Notes: a model not told the origin generated them from the sequence alone. Positions 1-8,489 are shown, counted from the first letter of the stretch. The stretch: 24,000 nt of DNA from Nitrososphaeraceae archaeon (GCA_019246625.1 JAFAQB010000428.1:1-24000); one strand, 5' to 3'. Program-made: numbers and translations.

Positions 1-473
1 CGTCTAACAGGAAGGAATTAACTAATCTGTACAAAAAAGAGTCCGATCCAAAAGTAAAGGAGAGATTATTGCTTGTTTTGAAGGTTAGAGTTGATGATAT
101 GATTCCTGCTCGTGTAGCAAGGGAACTTTACAGAAGCAGAACATGGGCTTCTGATTGGCTTGCAAGATATTCAAAAGAAGGAGTTGAAGGCTTGAAAAAC
201 AAACCAAAGAGTGGTAGACCGCCAAAACTATCGCGAGAAATTGTCCTTAAAATAAGGAGGAAATTAATAGGAAGTAAACAGGGGTGGAGTACAAAACAGA
301 TTCAAGATATGATAATCAGAGAAAGCGGAGGAGGGGTAAAATACCATTACATTTACATGTACAGACTATTACATAAATGGGGCTTTAAACTGAAGGTGCC
401 AAGAAAAATACATATTAACACAGCTTCAAATGAAGAAAGAAGAGCATTCAAAAAAGAGCGCAGAAAATACTAG
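1..473 (+). CDS. IS630-family transposase, N-terminal HTH part (upstream frame; 5' end cut by window edge)
   Basis: The frame of ORF 69..473 stays open back to base 3 (SNRKELTNLYKKESDPKVKERLLLVLK...), so the gene starts before the window. It has the winged-helix/HTH pattern ARELYRSRTWASDWLARYSKEGVEGLKNKPKSGRPPKL. The stop is at 471-473. Confidence 0.8.
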   Translation, partial: SNRKELTNLYKKESDPKVKERLLLVLKVRVDDMIPARVARELYRSRTWASDWLARYSKEGVEGLKNKPKSGRPPKLSREIVLKIRRKLIGSKQGWSTKQIQDMIIRESGGGVKYHYIYMYRLLHKWGFKLKVPRKIHINTASNEERRAFKKERRKY

Positions 474-1003
474 ATAATCTTCCTGAGGGATTCACAGCTG
501 TATCCCTAGATGAATCATTTTTCTTCTTTGATTCTATTGTACGAAAGGTATGGATTGAAAGAAATACAAGACCAATAGTTACTGTAACTTGTTCTCACAA
601 ACATTCTTGTCTTTTTGGAGCACTAAGTATAACTGGAAAGCAATTCTTCAGACAATACGACAAATTTAATGAAAATTCGTTCTTCGATTACCTACAACAA
701 ATACATTACAAATTTCCAAAATGCTATTTATTCTTAGACAGAGCTCCACAACATTATAAATCAAAGAAGGTTAGAGCATATTTTGAAGAACACAAGAATA
801 ACTTGATACCAGTATGGTTGCCAACAGCATCACCTGAATTCATGGTACTTGAAGAATGCTGGAACATTTCCAAGAATGACCTTCTTATCCTCAACTACTA
901 TCACTCATTCATAGATTTCAGGAATAAAATAACGGATTACTTCAGAACAAAACACTTCAATCTGAATATGAGAAACTATCTAATTGCGACTATGTCAGCA
1001 TAG
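434..1003 (+). CDS. IS630-family transposase, DDE catalytic part (frame -1 relative to 1..473; no own start needed if frameshifted)
   Basis: The frame of ORF 803..1003 is open from 434 with no stop. It reads KKKSIQKRAQKILDNLPEGFTAVSLDESFFFFD...CYLFLDRAPQHYKSKKV...WLPTASPEFMVLEECW. It overlaps the upstream frame by 40 nt (434-473), including the A6G run at 450-456. Confidence 0.75.
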   Translation, partial: RKKSIQKRAQKILDNLPEGFTAVSLDESFFFFDSIVRKVWIERNTRPIVTVTCSHKHSCLFGALSITGKQFFRQYDKFNENSFFDYLQQIHYKFPKCYLFLDRAPQHYKSKKVRAYFEEHKNNLIPVWLPTASPEFMVLEECWNISKNDLLILNYYHSFIDFRNKITDYFRTKHFNLNMRNYLIATMSA

Positions 1004-1310
1004 TTATCTTAAATGGTATAGTCTCAGGACTAGTAAATTTCAGAATAATGCGAACTAATGGCATGGTTCTGTAGAAAGAGTGTAAGACTGACCATCCTGA
1101 AGAGATTTTCCTTTGTAATTACGCAATAGATCTATTATATTCTTTGAAAAGCTGAAAGTAAGACATCGTTATTCTTCACCGTTTTGTTGCCTATCAAATT
1201 TGCAGTAATTAATGCTAAATAAGGTCTTAATTTTGTTTTTTATTACCTTACTAAAACTAGTAGGCACAAAGTTTATTGTGTCACTCTACAAATTATGGTA
1301 ATCGGTATAA

Positions 1311-2504
1311 ATGCTTCAAATTATTTCTGATCTAGAGGATTCTCAATATAGTGGCAAAACCACATTGGTCAGAGTTGATTTTAACGTAAGTGTGAATAAT
1401 GGTTTAATAGCAGAGGATTATAGAATTCGAATGACTCTTCCAACTATTGAATATCTAACCAAACGCGATTCTAAAGTGGTGTTAGCATCACACCTTGGTA
1501 GACCACAGAGGCCGCAAAGTAGATATTCCCTTCGGCCAGTAGCCAAGAGATTATCTGAAATAATTGGAAGATCCAGAGTTAGATTTGTTGATAACTGCGT
1601 AGGAGAAATTGTTCGTAAGGAAATAGAAAGTATGGACAAAGGTGATGTTTTATTATTAGAAAACCTGCGTTTTCACAAAGAAGAAGAGACAAATGATCTG
1701 TTGTTTTCTGAACAACTTGCATCATTAGCTGATATATACGTAAATGATGCCTTTAGCACATCTCACCGAAGACATGCTTCTACTTATGGTGCAGCAAAGT
1801 TATTTAACACAAGACTTGCAGGCTTTAACCTTAACAAAGAAGTGGAATATCTATCAATGATTAAGGAAAATCCAATCAAACCCTTTACTTTAGTAGTTGG
1901 TGGAGTAAAAATAAAAGATAAAATAGGTGCCTTAGAAAATTTACTTCCTAAAGCAGACAAAGTGTTAATAGGTGGAGCCGCTGCATATACATTTCTCAAG
2001 GCAAAAGGTGTCAGGACTGGTAATTCGCCGATCGATTTTGAACATTTGTCATGGGTAACGAATGCACTTTCAACCTTTGGCGATAAAATAATGCTTCCTT
2101 CAGATCATATAATAGCTTCATCTCCGCAGGACTCTTATGCAAGTATGGTGAAAGGTGATATTCCCGACAACATGTCAGGATTTGATATTGGTAATGAAAC
2201 TGTTGAACGTTATTCCGCTGAGGTTGGTGCAAAGGGACTTGGAACAGTATTTTGGAATGGACCAATGGGATTGTTTGAAGTTGGATTCTTTGCAAATGGA
2301 ACAATGAACATTGCAAAAAATATGGCATTGGCTTTCTGGCGAGGTTCAAAAACACTGATAGGTGGCGGAGATACTCTAGAAGCGATGAAAAAAGCAGGTG
2401 TTTCTGAGGGTGAAGTCAGCCATGTATCTACTGGTGGAGGAGCTACCCTAAGATTTCTCGCTGGCGATGAAATGCCTGGGATCATTGCGCTGAATGAAAA
2501 ATAA
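1311..2504 (+). CDS. pgk: Phosphoglycerate kinase
   Basis: A 397-aa ORF with PGK hallmarks: RVDFNVS near the N-terminus, ASHLGRP, NDAFSTSHRRHAS, GGGDT and VSTGGGATL near the C-terminus. Confidence 0.95.
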   Translation: MLQIISDLEDSQYSGKTTLVRVDFNVSVNNGLIAEDYRIRMTLPTIEYLTKRDSKVVLASHLGRPQRPQSRYSLRPVAKRLSEIIGRSRVRFVDNCVGEIVRKEIESMDKGDVLLLENLRFHKEEETNDLLFSEQLASLADIYVNDAFSTSHRRHASTYGAAKLFNTRLAGFNLNKEVEYLSMIKENPIKPFTLVVGGVKIKDKIGALENLLPKADKVLIGGAAAYTFLKAKGVRTGNSPIDFEHLSWVTNALSTFGDKIMLPSDHIIASSPQDSYASMVKGDIPDNMSGFDIGNETVERYSAEVGAKGLGTVFWNGPMGLFEVGFFANGTMNIAKNMALAFWRGSKTLIGGGDTLEAMKKAGVSEGEVSHVSTGGGATLRFLAGDEMPGIIALNEK

Positions 2505-2546
2505 CATAAATAACAAAAAGTGTATTCGAACATTTAGGAGTTTGTA

Positions 2547-4166
2547 TCATACAATGTCAACCTTCACTGCTTTCAGATACGAAACAGCGCTATTCTCTGC
2601 ACCTATCATCAAAATATAACTTCCAGGCTTCAAGTCCGATGATGGAGTAAAGATAAAAGAAACTTGCTTTGGATTTCCTGAATTAACTAGAAATCTTTGC
2701 TCACTAAATGATCCTGTGGAATTTCCAAGGTCTCCAGTTGGAGTAAAAGTTCCAGACGCTATCATATTAATTGTTGAATTAGACGACGCCTTGATATTTA
2801 CTTTAATTTCTCTACTTTCACCTCTCTTCATTGTCAATTCTTCAGAAGATGTGGAGATGGAAAAAGGTAATTGTTTTTGTACATTTACCTTGCCAATCTT
2901 GTTCTCTGTCCATTCTGTAAACCATACCTGTTTACTATTATTATTTTGTCCAACAGAAAATTGGAGAGCATTTGCTATTCCACATGTTTGGTTGCTGTCA
3001 TTTTGACATAAACTAAATAATCTATTTTGTGTTGGAATCCAATATTCTACCAATGTGTTATTGGTAGGATCAAATTTAGCAATTTTATTACCTGTGTGCT
3101 CATTGAACCATAAAGAGTCATCTGATGCTTTTTCAATCCAATACGGTAAAGTGTATGCTCCTGGCGGAGTATTATTGCCTCCAAAAATCCTGGAGGAAGC
3201 TTTTGAAGTAACAAACTTTGTGATATTACCAGTAGAAGAATCAACTTTATAAAAGACACTAGTACCGTGATCTGTAACCCACAAATTTCCCGAGTTATCT
3301 ACGACTATTCCTACCGGTGATGTCAGCTCTTTGGGCATATCAAATATTTTGAATGTCCTTGTGCCAATATCATACCTTACAATCACGCCTTTCTGCTGAA
3401 ATGCAAGCATAGAAACCCACACTGCATTTCTTCTATTATCAACAGCGACTGAACCTGTACTTATAAGGCTCGGATCAATGCCTGAAAAACTTTTAATAGG
3501 CATAGGAATCCCAGAAATGCCATTTGATGTGCCATCTCTCATCTTTGTGATATTTCCAAACCATAGTGATGTTGAACGTATTCCTACAAAGTAGACGTTT
3601 CCCTTAGAATCAAAATCTAACGAAACAGGATAACTTGTACCAAATTCAGTAGAATTGGCTGGAATCTTATACATGTCAAAAGTCTGTGAGGATTTAATGT
3701 ACCTCCATATTGCATTTTGTTTTTCATCAGTGAACCATATGTTCCCTTTTCCATCATCCTTTACTGCCCACACTTGCGAGAAATCTATTGGATTTGCACG
3801 GGATTTCCAGATTGGGATAATGATTTCCTTTTCTATAATGTTATGTACTGTATTGTATGCTCCAAGAGCACCGTTTTTTGTTGACACATACCATATCTTG
3901 CCATTATCAACAGCCACTCCTAATGGCATTTCACAATTCTCAGGAAGCTTGTATTCATTGACAAATTCATTTGAGTGTGGCGTTGTATTGGACCCACAAA
4001 ACAAGGATTGAAACTTATCTATAGCAGCTTTCCTAGAATCGGCCACCGGGTTACCGGGAGGCGTAGTAGTAGTAATATTAGTATTTCGAAATAATGCAAT
4101 AGAAATTGTTGCTGCAATAGCAATAATTCCTATTATTGAATAAATTATAATTCTTTTTGAAAACAT
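2547..4166 (-). CDS. Membrane-anchored extracellular seven-blade beta-propeller protein (Vgb/streptogramin-lyase-like repeats, COG4257-type) with C-terminal Ig-like domain
   Basis: The N-terminal signal anchor is MFSKRIIIYSIIGIIAIAATISIALF. Seven repeats of the G-N-[IL]-W-[FV]-T-[DE] type are present (GKIWYVS, GNIWFTDEKQNAIWRY, GNVYFVG, NAVWVSM, GNLWVTDHGTSVFYKV, DSLWFNEHTGNKIAKF, KQVWFTEWTENKIGKV). There are about a dozen N-x-S/T sequons. The longest ORF starts at TTG 4196; I prefer ATG 4166. Confidence 0.65.
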   Translation of the reverse strand: MFSKRIIIYSIIGIIAIAATISIALFRNTNITTTTPPGNPVADSRKAAIDKFQSLFCGSNTTPHSNEFVNEYKLPENCEMPLGVAVDNGKIWYVSTKNGALGAYNTVHNIIEKEIIIPIWKSRANPIDFSQVWAVKDDGKGNIWFTDEKQNAIWRYIKSSQTFDMYKIPANSTEFGTSYPVSLDFDSKGNVYFVGIRSTSLWFGNITKMRDGTSNGISGIPMPIKSFSGIDPSLISTGSVAVDNRRNAVWVSMLAFQQKGVIVRYDIGTRTFKIFDMPKELTSPVGIVVDNSGNLWVTDHGTSVFYKVDSSTGNITKFVTSKASSRIFGGNNTPPGAYTLPYWIEKASDDSLWFNEHTGNKIAKFDPTNNTLVEYWIPTQNRLFSLCQNDSNQTCGIANALQFSVGQNNNSKQVWFTEWTENKIGKVNVQKQLPFSISTSSEELTMKRGESREIKVNIKASSNSTINMIASGTFTPTGDLGNSTGSFSEQRFLVNSGNPKQVSFIFTPSSDLKPGSYILMIGAENSAVSYLKAVKVDIV

Positions 4167-4319
4167 ATGTTTAGATACTCCACTTTTGCTAACCAATAAA
4201 TCAACGATATCTTTTCTATCATATATATCTCTGCTCTAGGCCAGTTAATGTTACAATAGATCTAAATATAATTTGGAAATATCAATATATAGTTTGTAGC
4301 AATATGTGCCTTTGCATAT

Positions 4320-4342
4320 AGAAGGAGGAGGAGAGGAGAGGA
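4320..4342 (+). repeat. 23-nt uninterrupted polypurine tract with reiterated GGAGG/GAGAGG units
   Basis: The sequence is agaaggaggaggagaggagagga. It lies 14 nt upstream of the ATG at 4357, in the divergent spacer between the propeller gene and the zinc-ribbon gene. Confidence 0.9.
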
Positions 4343-4356
4343 TATAAACAAAGAAA

Positions 4357-4596
4357 ATGACTTGTAAGGGTATATGTATACGCCACAGAGCACAAAAGCC
4401 ATCTGCTTCTGGTCGCTATACGAGTGGACAGAAACGCTGCCAGATATGTGAGATATTTATAAAATGGGATGGATTGTGGTGTCCATGTTGTGGATATAGA
4501 TTGAGGACAAAGCCAAGAAATAAAAAATACAAGGCAAGGTTAAGAACAGGACAGAACCAACAAGGGATTATATATACACGATACAGTAAATTATGA
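4357..4596 (+). CDS. Small basic zinc-ribbon protein (Cys-rich, probable nucleic-acid binding), function unknown
   Basis: 79 aa with seven Cys, including CQIC (x10) CPCC, a classic Cys4 ribbon. The C-terminal tail is Lys/Arg-rich (RLRTKPRNKKYKARLRTG). It has an ATG start preceded by a purine-rich tract. Confidence 0.6.
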   Translation: MTCKGICIRHRAQKPSASGRYTSGQKRCQICEIFIKWDGLWCPCCGYRLRTKPRNKKYKARLRTGQNQQGIIYTRYSKL

Positions 4597-4780
4597 AAAA
4601 TATATAGTTCGTTAGGAGTATAACTGCACATACATCTTGAGTTTAAGGCATTACGAAAAAATATATATAACTTTTCTTTCTCTGCTAAGATCTATCTCAA
4701 TTGATCCTTGCATAAAATCTTAATATGGTAACAGTTAGTTTAAAGCTTTAGCCTTTGCTAATTACATCTTGTTAGTAGCA

Positions 4781-6511
4781 TTACCAGTAGCTTGCCTTGA
4801 TCTTTTCAATTACTTTCTCGTGCTCTGGACCCTTATGTCTTGCAAACCTTTCCATCGAGGTGAGTGGAACGCCACCAAGGGTTCTTGCGAGTGTAGCAAA
4901 GAATAGATTCTTTATTGGGTTATCACGACCGACTTTATGCATGAATTTTTGAATTCCATACCTAAAATTATGTTGCCAAGTTTTGTACATGACGCCTAAT
5001 TTCGCTGGATCCATAGTACTTCCAATGTCAAAAAACTCTGATTTTTCAAGTAATCCTATTGGCACGAATGTTAGTGGGGTTACAGTGAATTTTGAATCTG
5101 GTTGTTCTCTTTCTATTTCATGAATAAGCCTTATTGTTTCCCAGCTATCTTCTGGAGTCTCATCGTTATCAAGTCCCATAATTAAAGTGAATGCAGGAAC
5201 CCAGTAGTGTTCGTTGAGGGTTTTTACACCTGTTTTCACGACCCAATGCCATTCTGTAGGCTTGAATGGGGCTAATTTTCTATCCGCATATTTTCCGATT
5301 AATCTTATACTACCCGTTTCAAACCCACATTGTATGCCAATATGATTGTCTGGAGAGGCCCTGATGATTTTAGACACATTTGGAATAAGCCTTTCATCAG
5401 CAATTGCTCCAGCAAGAGTTCCATGTGTCGGGTTGGTGTGCTCAATACCTGTAGCCATTATACCTGTAAAAAGATCCTCAAGTGCTTCACGGTTAGGTTG
5501 CATGTTCTTAGTTGTTCTTGGATTTAACCCATATACGAAAATATCATCACTATGGATCCACGCATTCTTTAAACCACCATATTTCATGTTGATTTCAATT
5601 TCTTTTTGAACCTTCTCAACAGGATAATATCTTAGTGGCCTAAGGGTAACATCGCAGAATTTGCATCCACGCCCGCATCCACGCATTACTTCGCTCATGC
5701 CATGCATGCTCGGGTTAACAATGTTTGGAATCTCTTCAACTGAAGGTTCTTCCCAGTAATGGATAAATCGGCCATGATATTTTCTTCCTGTTCTTGAGAA
5801 TTCTTTAATATCTATCTTAAATTTAGTTTTTTTGAATGGATTTGCTGTTTCCATTTCTCCATCAATGAGAGCATCAAAGAACTTTCCGCCAGCGCCCGCT
5901 CCATCAATCTCGGGACCTATGCCACCAAGATCTCCCTCTACAATCCCATATAGACCATATTCTTCAATTTTTGAAGGATCATAATTATATTGCCATGTTC
6001 CAGAGGCACCGGCAATCACCTTGGCCTTACTATTATTTCTTATTTTAGCAGCATTGATTCTAAGGTGTAAGTCTCTACAATAAAATTCATCATATGACAT
6101 TTGCCTACGACCATAAGTAAAAGTCATGGTTACTGGGCCCATACCTAATGGATCCATTTCATAAGTTCCAACTGCTAGAGTTTCTGGGCCTATAAATTGC
6201 TCAATGTAATCTGGATGAGCAACTACGACATCTTGCCTGCTATAACCATCTCTTATCAGAGCGGCTTCTACTTTTCTTAGACCATAGGGAGCATAGTGGG
6301 CAATGCCATTAGTGTGCCCAATTGGATTACATATAAAATCGAAAAGCAGGCGAGGTGTAACCTGGTTGCCTAAAATACGATATAATAAAGAAGTCTGTTT
6401 TCTGTTTAGATCCAGTGCTGGTGCACAACCGAAAAATGATGCTAACGATATTCCTCGATATGGAGACATTAAAGTACGATCTGCAGTAAGGACTACCTTA
6501 GGGTATCTCAT
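4781..6511 (-). CDS. Radical SAM domain protein, subfamily and substrate unknown (possibly B12-binding-domain-like N-terminus)
   Basis: A 576-aa ORF with one canonical CX3CX2C motif (MRGCGRGCKFCDV, nt 5651-5686). There are only seven Cys in total. The N-terminal ~270 aa (VVLTADRTLMSPYRG...) precede the radical SAM core, followed by a long C-terminal extension. Confidence 0.7.
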   Translation of the reverse strand: MRYPKVVLTADRTLMSPYRGISLASFFGCAPALDLNRKQTSLLYRILGNQVTPRLLFDFICNPIGHTNGIAHYAPYGLRKVEAALIRDGYSRQDVVVAHPDYIEQFIGPETLAVGTYEMDPLGMGPVTMTFTYGRRQMSYDEFYCRDLHLRINAAKIRNNSKAKVIAGASGTWQYNYDPSKIEEYGLYGIVEGDLGGIGPEIDGAGAGGKFFDALIDGEMETANPFKKTKFKIDIKEFSRTGRKYHGRFIHYWEEPSVEEIPNIVNPSMHGMSEVMRGCGRGCKFCDVTLRPLRYYPVEKVQKEIEINMKYGGLKNAWIHSDDIFVYGLNPRTTKNMQPNREALEDLFTGIMATGIEHTNPTHGTLAGAIADERLIPNVSKIIRASPDNHIGIQCGFETGSIRLIGKYADRKLAPFKPTEWHWVVKTGVKTLNEHYWVPAFTLIMGLDNDETPEDSWETIRLIHEIEREQPDSKFTVTPLTFVPIGLLEKSEFFDIGSTMDPAKLGVMYKTWQHNFRYGIQKFMHKVGRDNPIKNLFFATLARTLGGVPLTSMERFARHKGPEHEKVIEKIKASYW

Positions 6512-6631
6512 AAATCTCTAAATCCTAATCAACATCAATAATTACAGACAGATTTTAAGTCTTTCTATCTAAAGCTAGGGGATCTAATAGATAAAAGGGT
6601 AGTCTTATGAACTTCAAAATAAAGAGAATAA

Positions 6632-6799
6632 TTATTTTTTAACTCCAAGTGTTCTATTTTTTAGTCTCATCTGACTACCTCGGCATTTTCTACATCTTGT
6701 GGAAGAGATTGGATTTCTTCCTCCGCATTTAAAACATATTTTAAAGAATAACCTGCGTTGTTGAGCAATCTGTTTCTTAGATGCATCTGTGATAGGCAT
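6632..6799 (-). CDS. rpl40e: 50S ribosomal protein L40e
   Basis: MPITDASKKQIAQQRRLFFKICFKCGGRNPISSTRCRKCRGSQMRLKNR matches the L40e zinc-ribbon pattern (CxxC...CxxC). The 7-aa N-terminal extension in the longest ORF (to 6820) is probably not translated. Confidence 0.85.
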   Translation of the reverse strand: MPITDASKKQIAQQRRLFFKICFKCGGRNPISSTRCRKCRGSQMRLKNRTLGVKK

Positions 6800-7081
6800 T
6801 TGCCATCTTGTTGTATACAAACATAAATTTCTATCTTTCCATCATAGTCATTATTAGCAGTAGATTAACGAATAGATGAATTTCTTTAACATTCTATGTA
6901 ATTATATTATTTCAATGTTATGAATAATCCACAGACTGACCAACCTCATTATAATATTCCATGGTTTCTACTGAGCCGAACAAATAGAAATAATACATAC
7001 ATGCAGGTCGAAAAGTTTATCAATAAGTGATTGTTCCTTGAATTTGTTTGTTCTTATTTTGTATGCATTTTAATAACTCTA

Positions 7082-8053
7082 CTATGATTCCTCATAAAGC
7101 CAGCAAAGAGTATATCCTGTTCGAGTTTTTATTTTGGGAGGATCTTGTTTACATACGTTCATGGCATATGGACATCGTGCATAAAACCTGCAACCTGGAG
7201 GTAAATTTAACATATTTGGTGGATTGCCTTTAATAAATTGTAATTTCTTGTTATCAGAACGTAACTTAGGAATAGCAGAGATTAATGCCTGGCTATATGG
7301 GTGTTTTGGATTTCTGTAAACTTCAACAGCACTTCCAAATTCTACCAGTTGACCTGCATACATTATCCCAACTTTATCTGCGATCTCTGAAATAATAGCC
7401 ATGTCATGTGTTATGAGAATTATTGTCATCCCTCTTTCCTTTTTCAATCCCTTAAGTAGATTAATTATTTGTGCCTGAACTAGTACATCTAATGCAGTAG
7501 TTGGTTCATCAGCTATTACCACATCTGGTTCAAGCAATAATGCCATAGCTATAATTACTCGCTGTTTCATTCCACCACTCAACTCATGGGGATACTTTTT
7601 TGCTATTGACTGATCGAGTCCAACTTTTTTTAGATATTCAGAAATTTTTACTTCTGTATTGCCTTTGAACTCATGTTGTTGCATAATTTCCCCCATCTGA
7701 TCACCTATCGTGTAAACTGGATCAAGTGAATTCATGGCCCCTTGAAAAACCATGGCTATCTTTTTCCATCTGATCTTCTTATTAAAATCGTTATTAGAAA
7801 GCCTTGCAATGTCAACACCATTTAGTATAATGCTACTACCTTCGATTATTCTCCCTGGTGCTTGCATTGATCGTAAAATCGCAGCACCAAGACTACTCTT
7901 GCCACATCCTGACTCTCCAGCAATTCCAAGTGATTCTCTTTCATTTATTGAAAAGCTAATATCATCAACTGCCTTTATAATACCCTTCTCCGTAAAATAA
8001 TACGCCTGAAGGCCCGACACAAGGAGTTTTATTTTTCCCGATGATGTTGTCAT
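7082..8053 (-). CDS. ABC transporter ATP-binding protein, oligopeptide/dipeptide/nickel (DppD/OppD) type, orphan
   Basis: Walker A is GESGCGKSS, the signature is LSGGMKQR, Walker B is VVIADEPTTALD and the H-loop is ITHDM. The Opp/Dpp-type C-terminal extension carries a Cys motif (PPGCRFYARCPYAMNVCK). No permease or binding-protein gene is adjacent. Confidence 0.85.
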   Translation of the reverse strand: MTTSSGKIKLLVSGLQAYYFTEKGIIKAVDDISFSINERESLGIAGESGCGKSSLGAAILRSMQAPGRIIEGSSIILNGVDIARLSNNDFNKKIRWKKIAMVFQGAMNSLDPVYTIGDQMGEIMQQHEFKGNTEVKISEYLKKVGLDQSIAKKYPHELSGGMKQRVIIAMALLLEPDVVIADEPTTALDVLVQAQIINLLKGLKKERGMTIILITHDMAIISEIADKVGIMYAGQLVEFGSAVEVYRNPKHPYSQALISAIPKLRSDNKKLQFIKGNPPNMLNLPPGCRFYARCPYAMNVCKQDPPKIKTRTGYTLCWLYEES

Positions 8054-8489
8054 CTGGTAACAGTTTATTAATGGGTATTATAACGTATATGTAACCTTCC
8101 TATCCTCGTATACATACAGAATCTATTTATTATAGCCGATTATTTGTACGGAGAGAATACGATCAATAACTGAAAATACATCTAACGTATAGATATAAGT
8201 TACTTGAACTTCAGAATTTTACCAGGGAACCTGTTGATGACAAAATGGTGTTAACATCAACTTATCAATACGTCATAATGAATTTATTTTGGCAGATCAC
8301 ATTATTGAGGATAATTAGGACTGGAAAGATACTGTGGTGGAGAGGCCGCGCGTCAAACGCGATAAGAGTATAATAGAACAACTCGCAAGTGCAGTTGCAA
8401 TTCCTTACTCGCCTGTAGAAAAGAATGTTAGGTTTCTTTTTTACTAGTTTTTGTGTAATTCAATTCTAGACGCTAGTCCATTACGTTAT

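Larger units (their letters stand above)
1..1003 (+). mobile_element. Partial IS630/Tc1-mariner-family insertion sequence (left end outside window; right terminus not resolved)
   Basis: Two consecutive frames encode an IS630-type transposase. The first is an HTH region with KPKSGRPPKL. The second is a DDE domain (SLDES, LFLDRAPQH, LPTASPEFMVLEECW, resembling the family block LPxYSPELNPIE). Terminal inverted repeats and the TA target duplication cannot be checked because the left end is missing. Confidence 0.8.

Noticed and set aside
1117-1129. A 13-nt match (aattacgcaatag) to the reverse complement of 20702-20714, and gatgtcttac near both sites, might be shared IS termini linking the IS630 flank and the transposase stub.
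   Set aside because: Exact 13-mers are expected several times by chance in 24 kb of AT-rich sequence on two strands. The two short matches are not colinear between the loci.
1418-2533. Antisense ORFs inside pgk (1418-1639, 1784-1999, 2011-2355, 2210-2533). Similar shadow ORFs lie inside the propeller, radical SAM, ABC, topoisomerase, suf and hem genes.
   Set aside because: Each lies opposite or out of frame to a strongly supported conserved gene and has no recognisable features. These are typical shadow ORFs.
4357-6511. The Cys-rich 79-aa protein next to a radical SAM enzyme could be a RiPP precursor plus maturase pair.
   Set aside because: The two genes converge tail-to-tail instead of being co-transcribed. 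The small protein has a canonical CxxC...CPCC zinc ribbon and a Lys/Arg-rich tail typical of nucleic-acid binders, with no leader/core organisation. The radical SAM protein has too few Cys for SPASM-type peptide maturases.
4781-6511. The radical SAM protein could be the tetraether lipid synthase (Tes / GDGT-MAS).
   Set aside because: As I recall, that enzyme carries several auxiliary Fe-S/iron sites needing many cysteines. This protein has seven Cys in total, three of them in the CX3CX2C motif, so a multi-cluster enzyme is unlikely.
6800-6820. N-terminal extension MYTTRWQ on L40e. Similarly, [12 protein letters not shown] on cobA (22906-22941).
   Set aside because: The conserved L40e N-terminus begins at MPITD. 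For cobA, the internal ATG forms an ATGA overlap with the hemC stop and directly precedes the GAGPGDP motif.
6873-6938. Possible C/D-box sRNA (tagatga ... ttatgaa ... ctga) in the rpl40e/ABC spacer.
   Set aside because: The C and C' boxes are imperfect, there is no recognisable D' box, the internal spacing is too long, and there is no terminal stem. Such patterns arise easily in AT-rich DNA.
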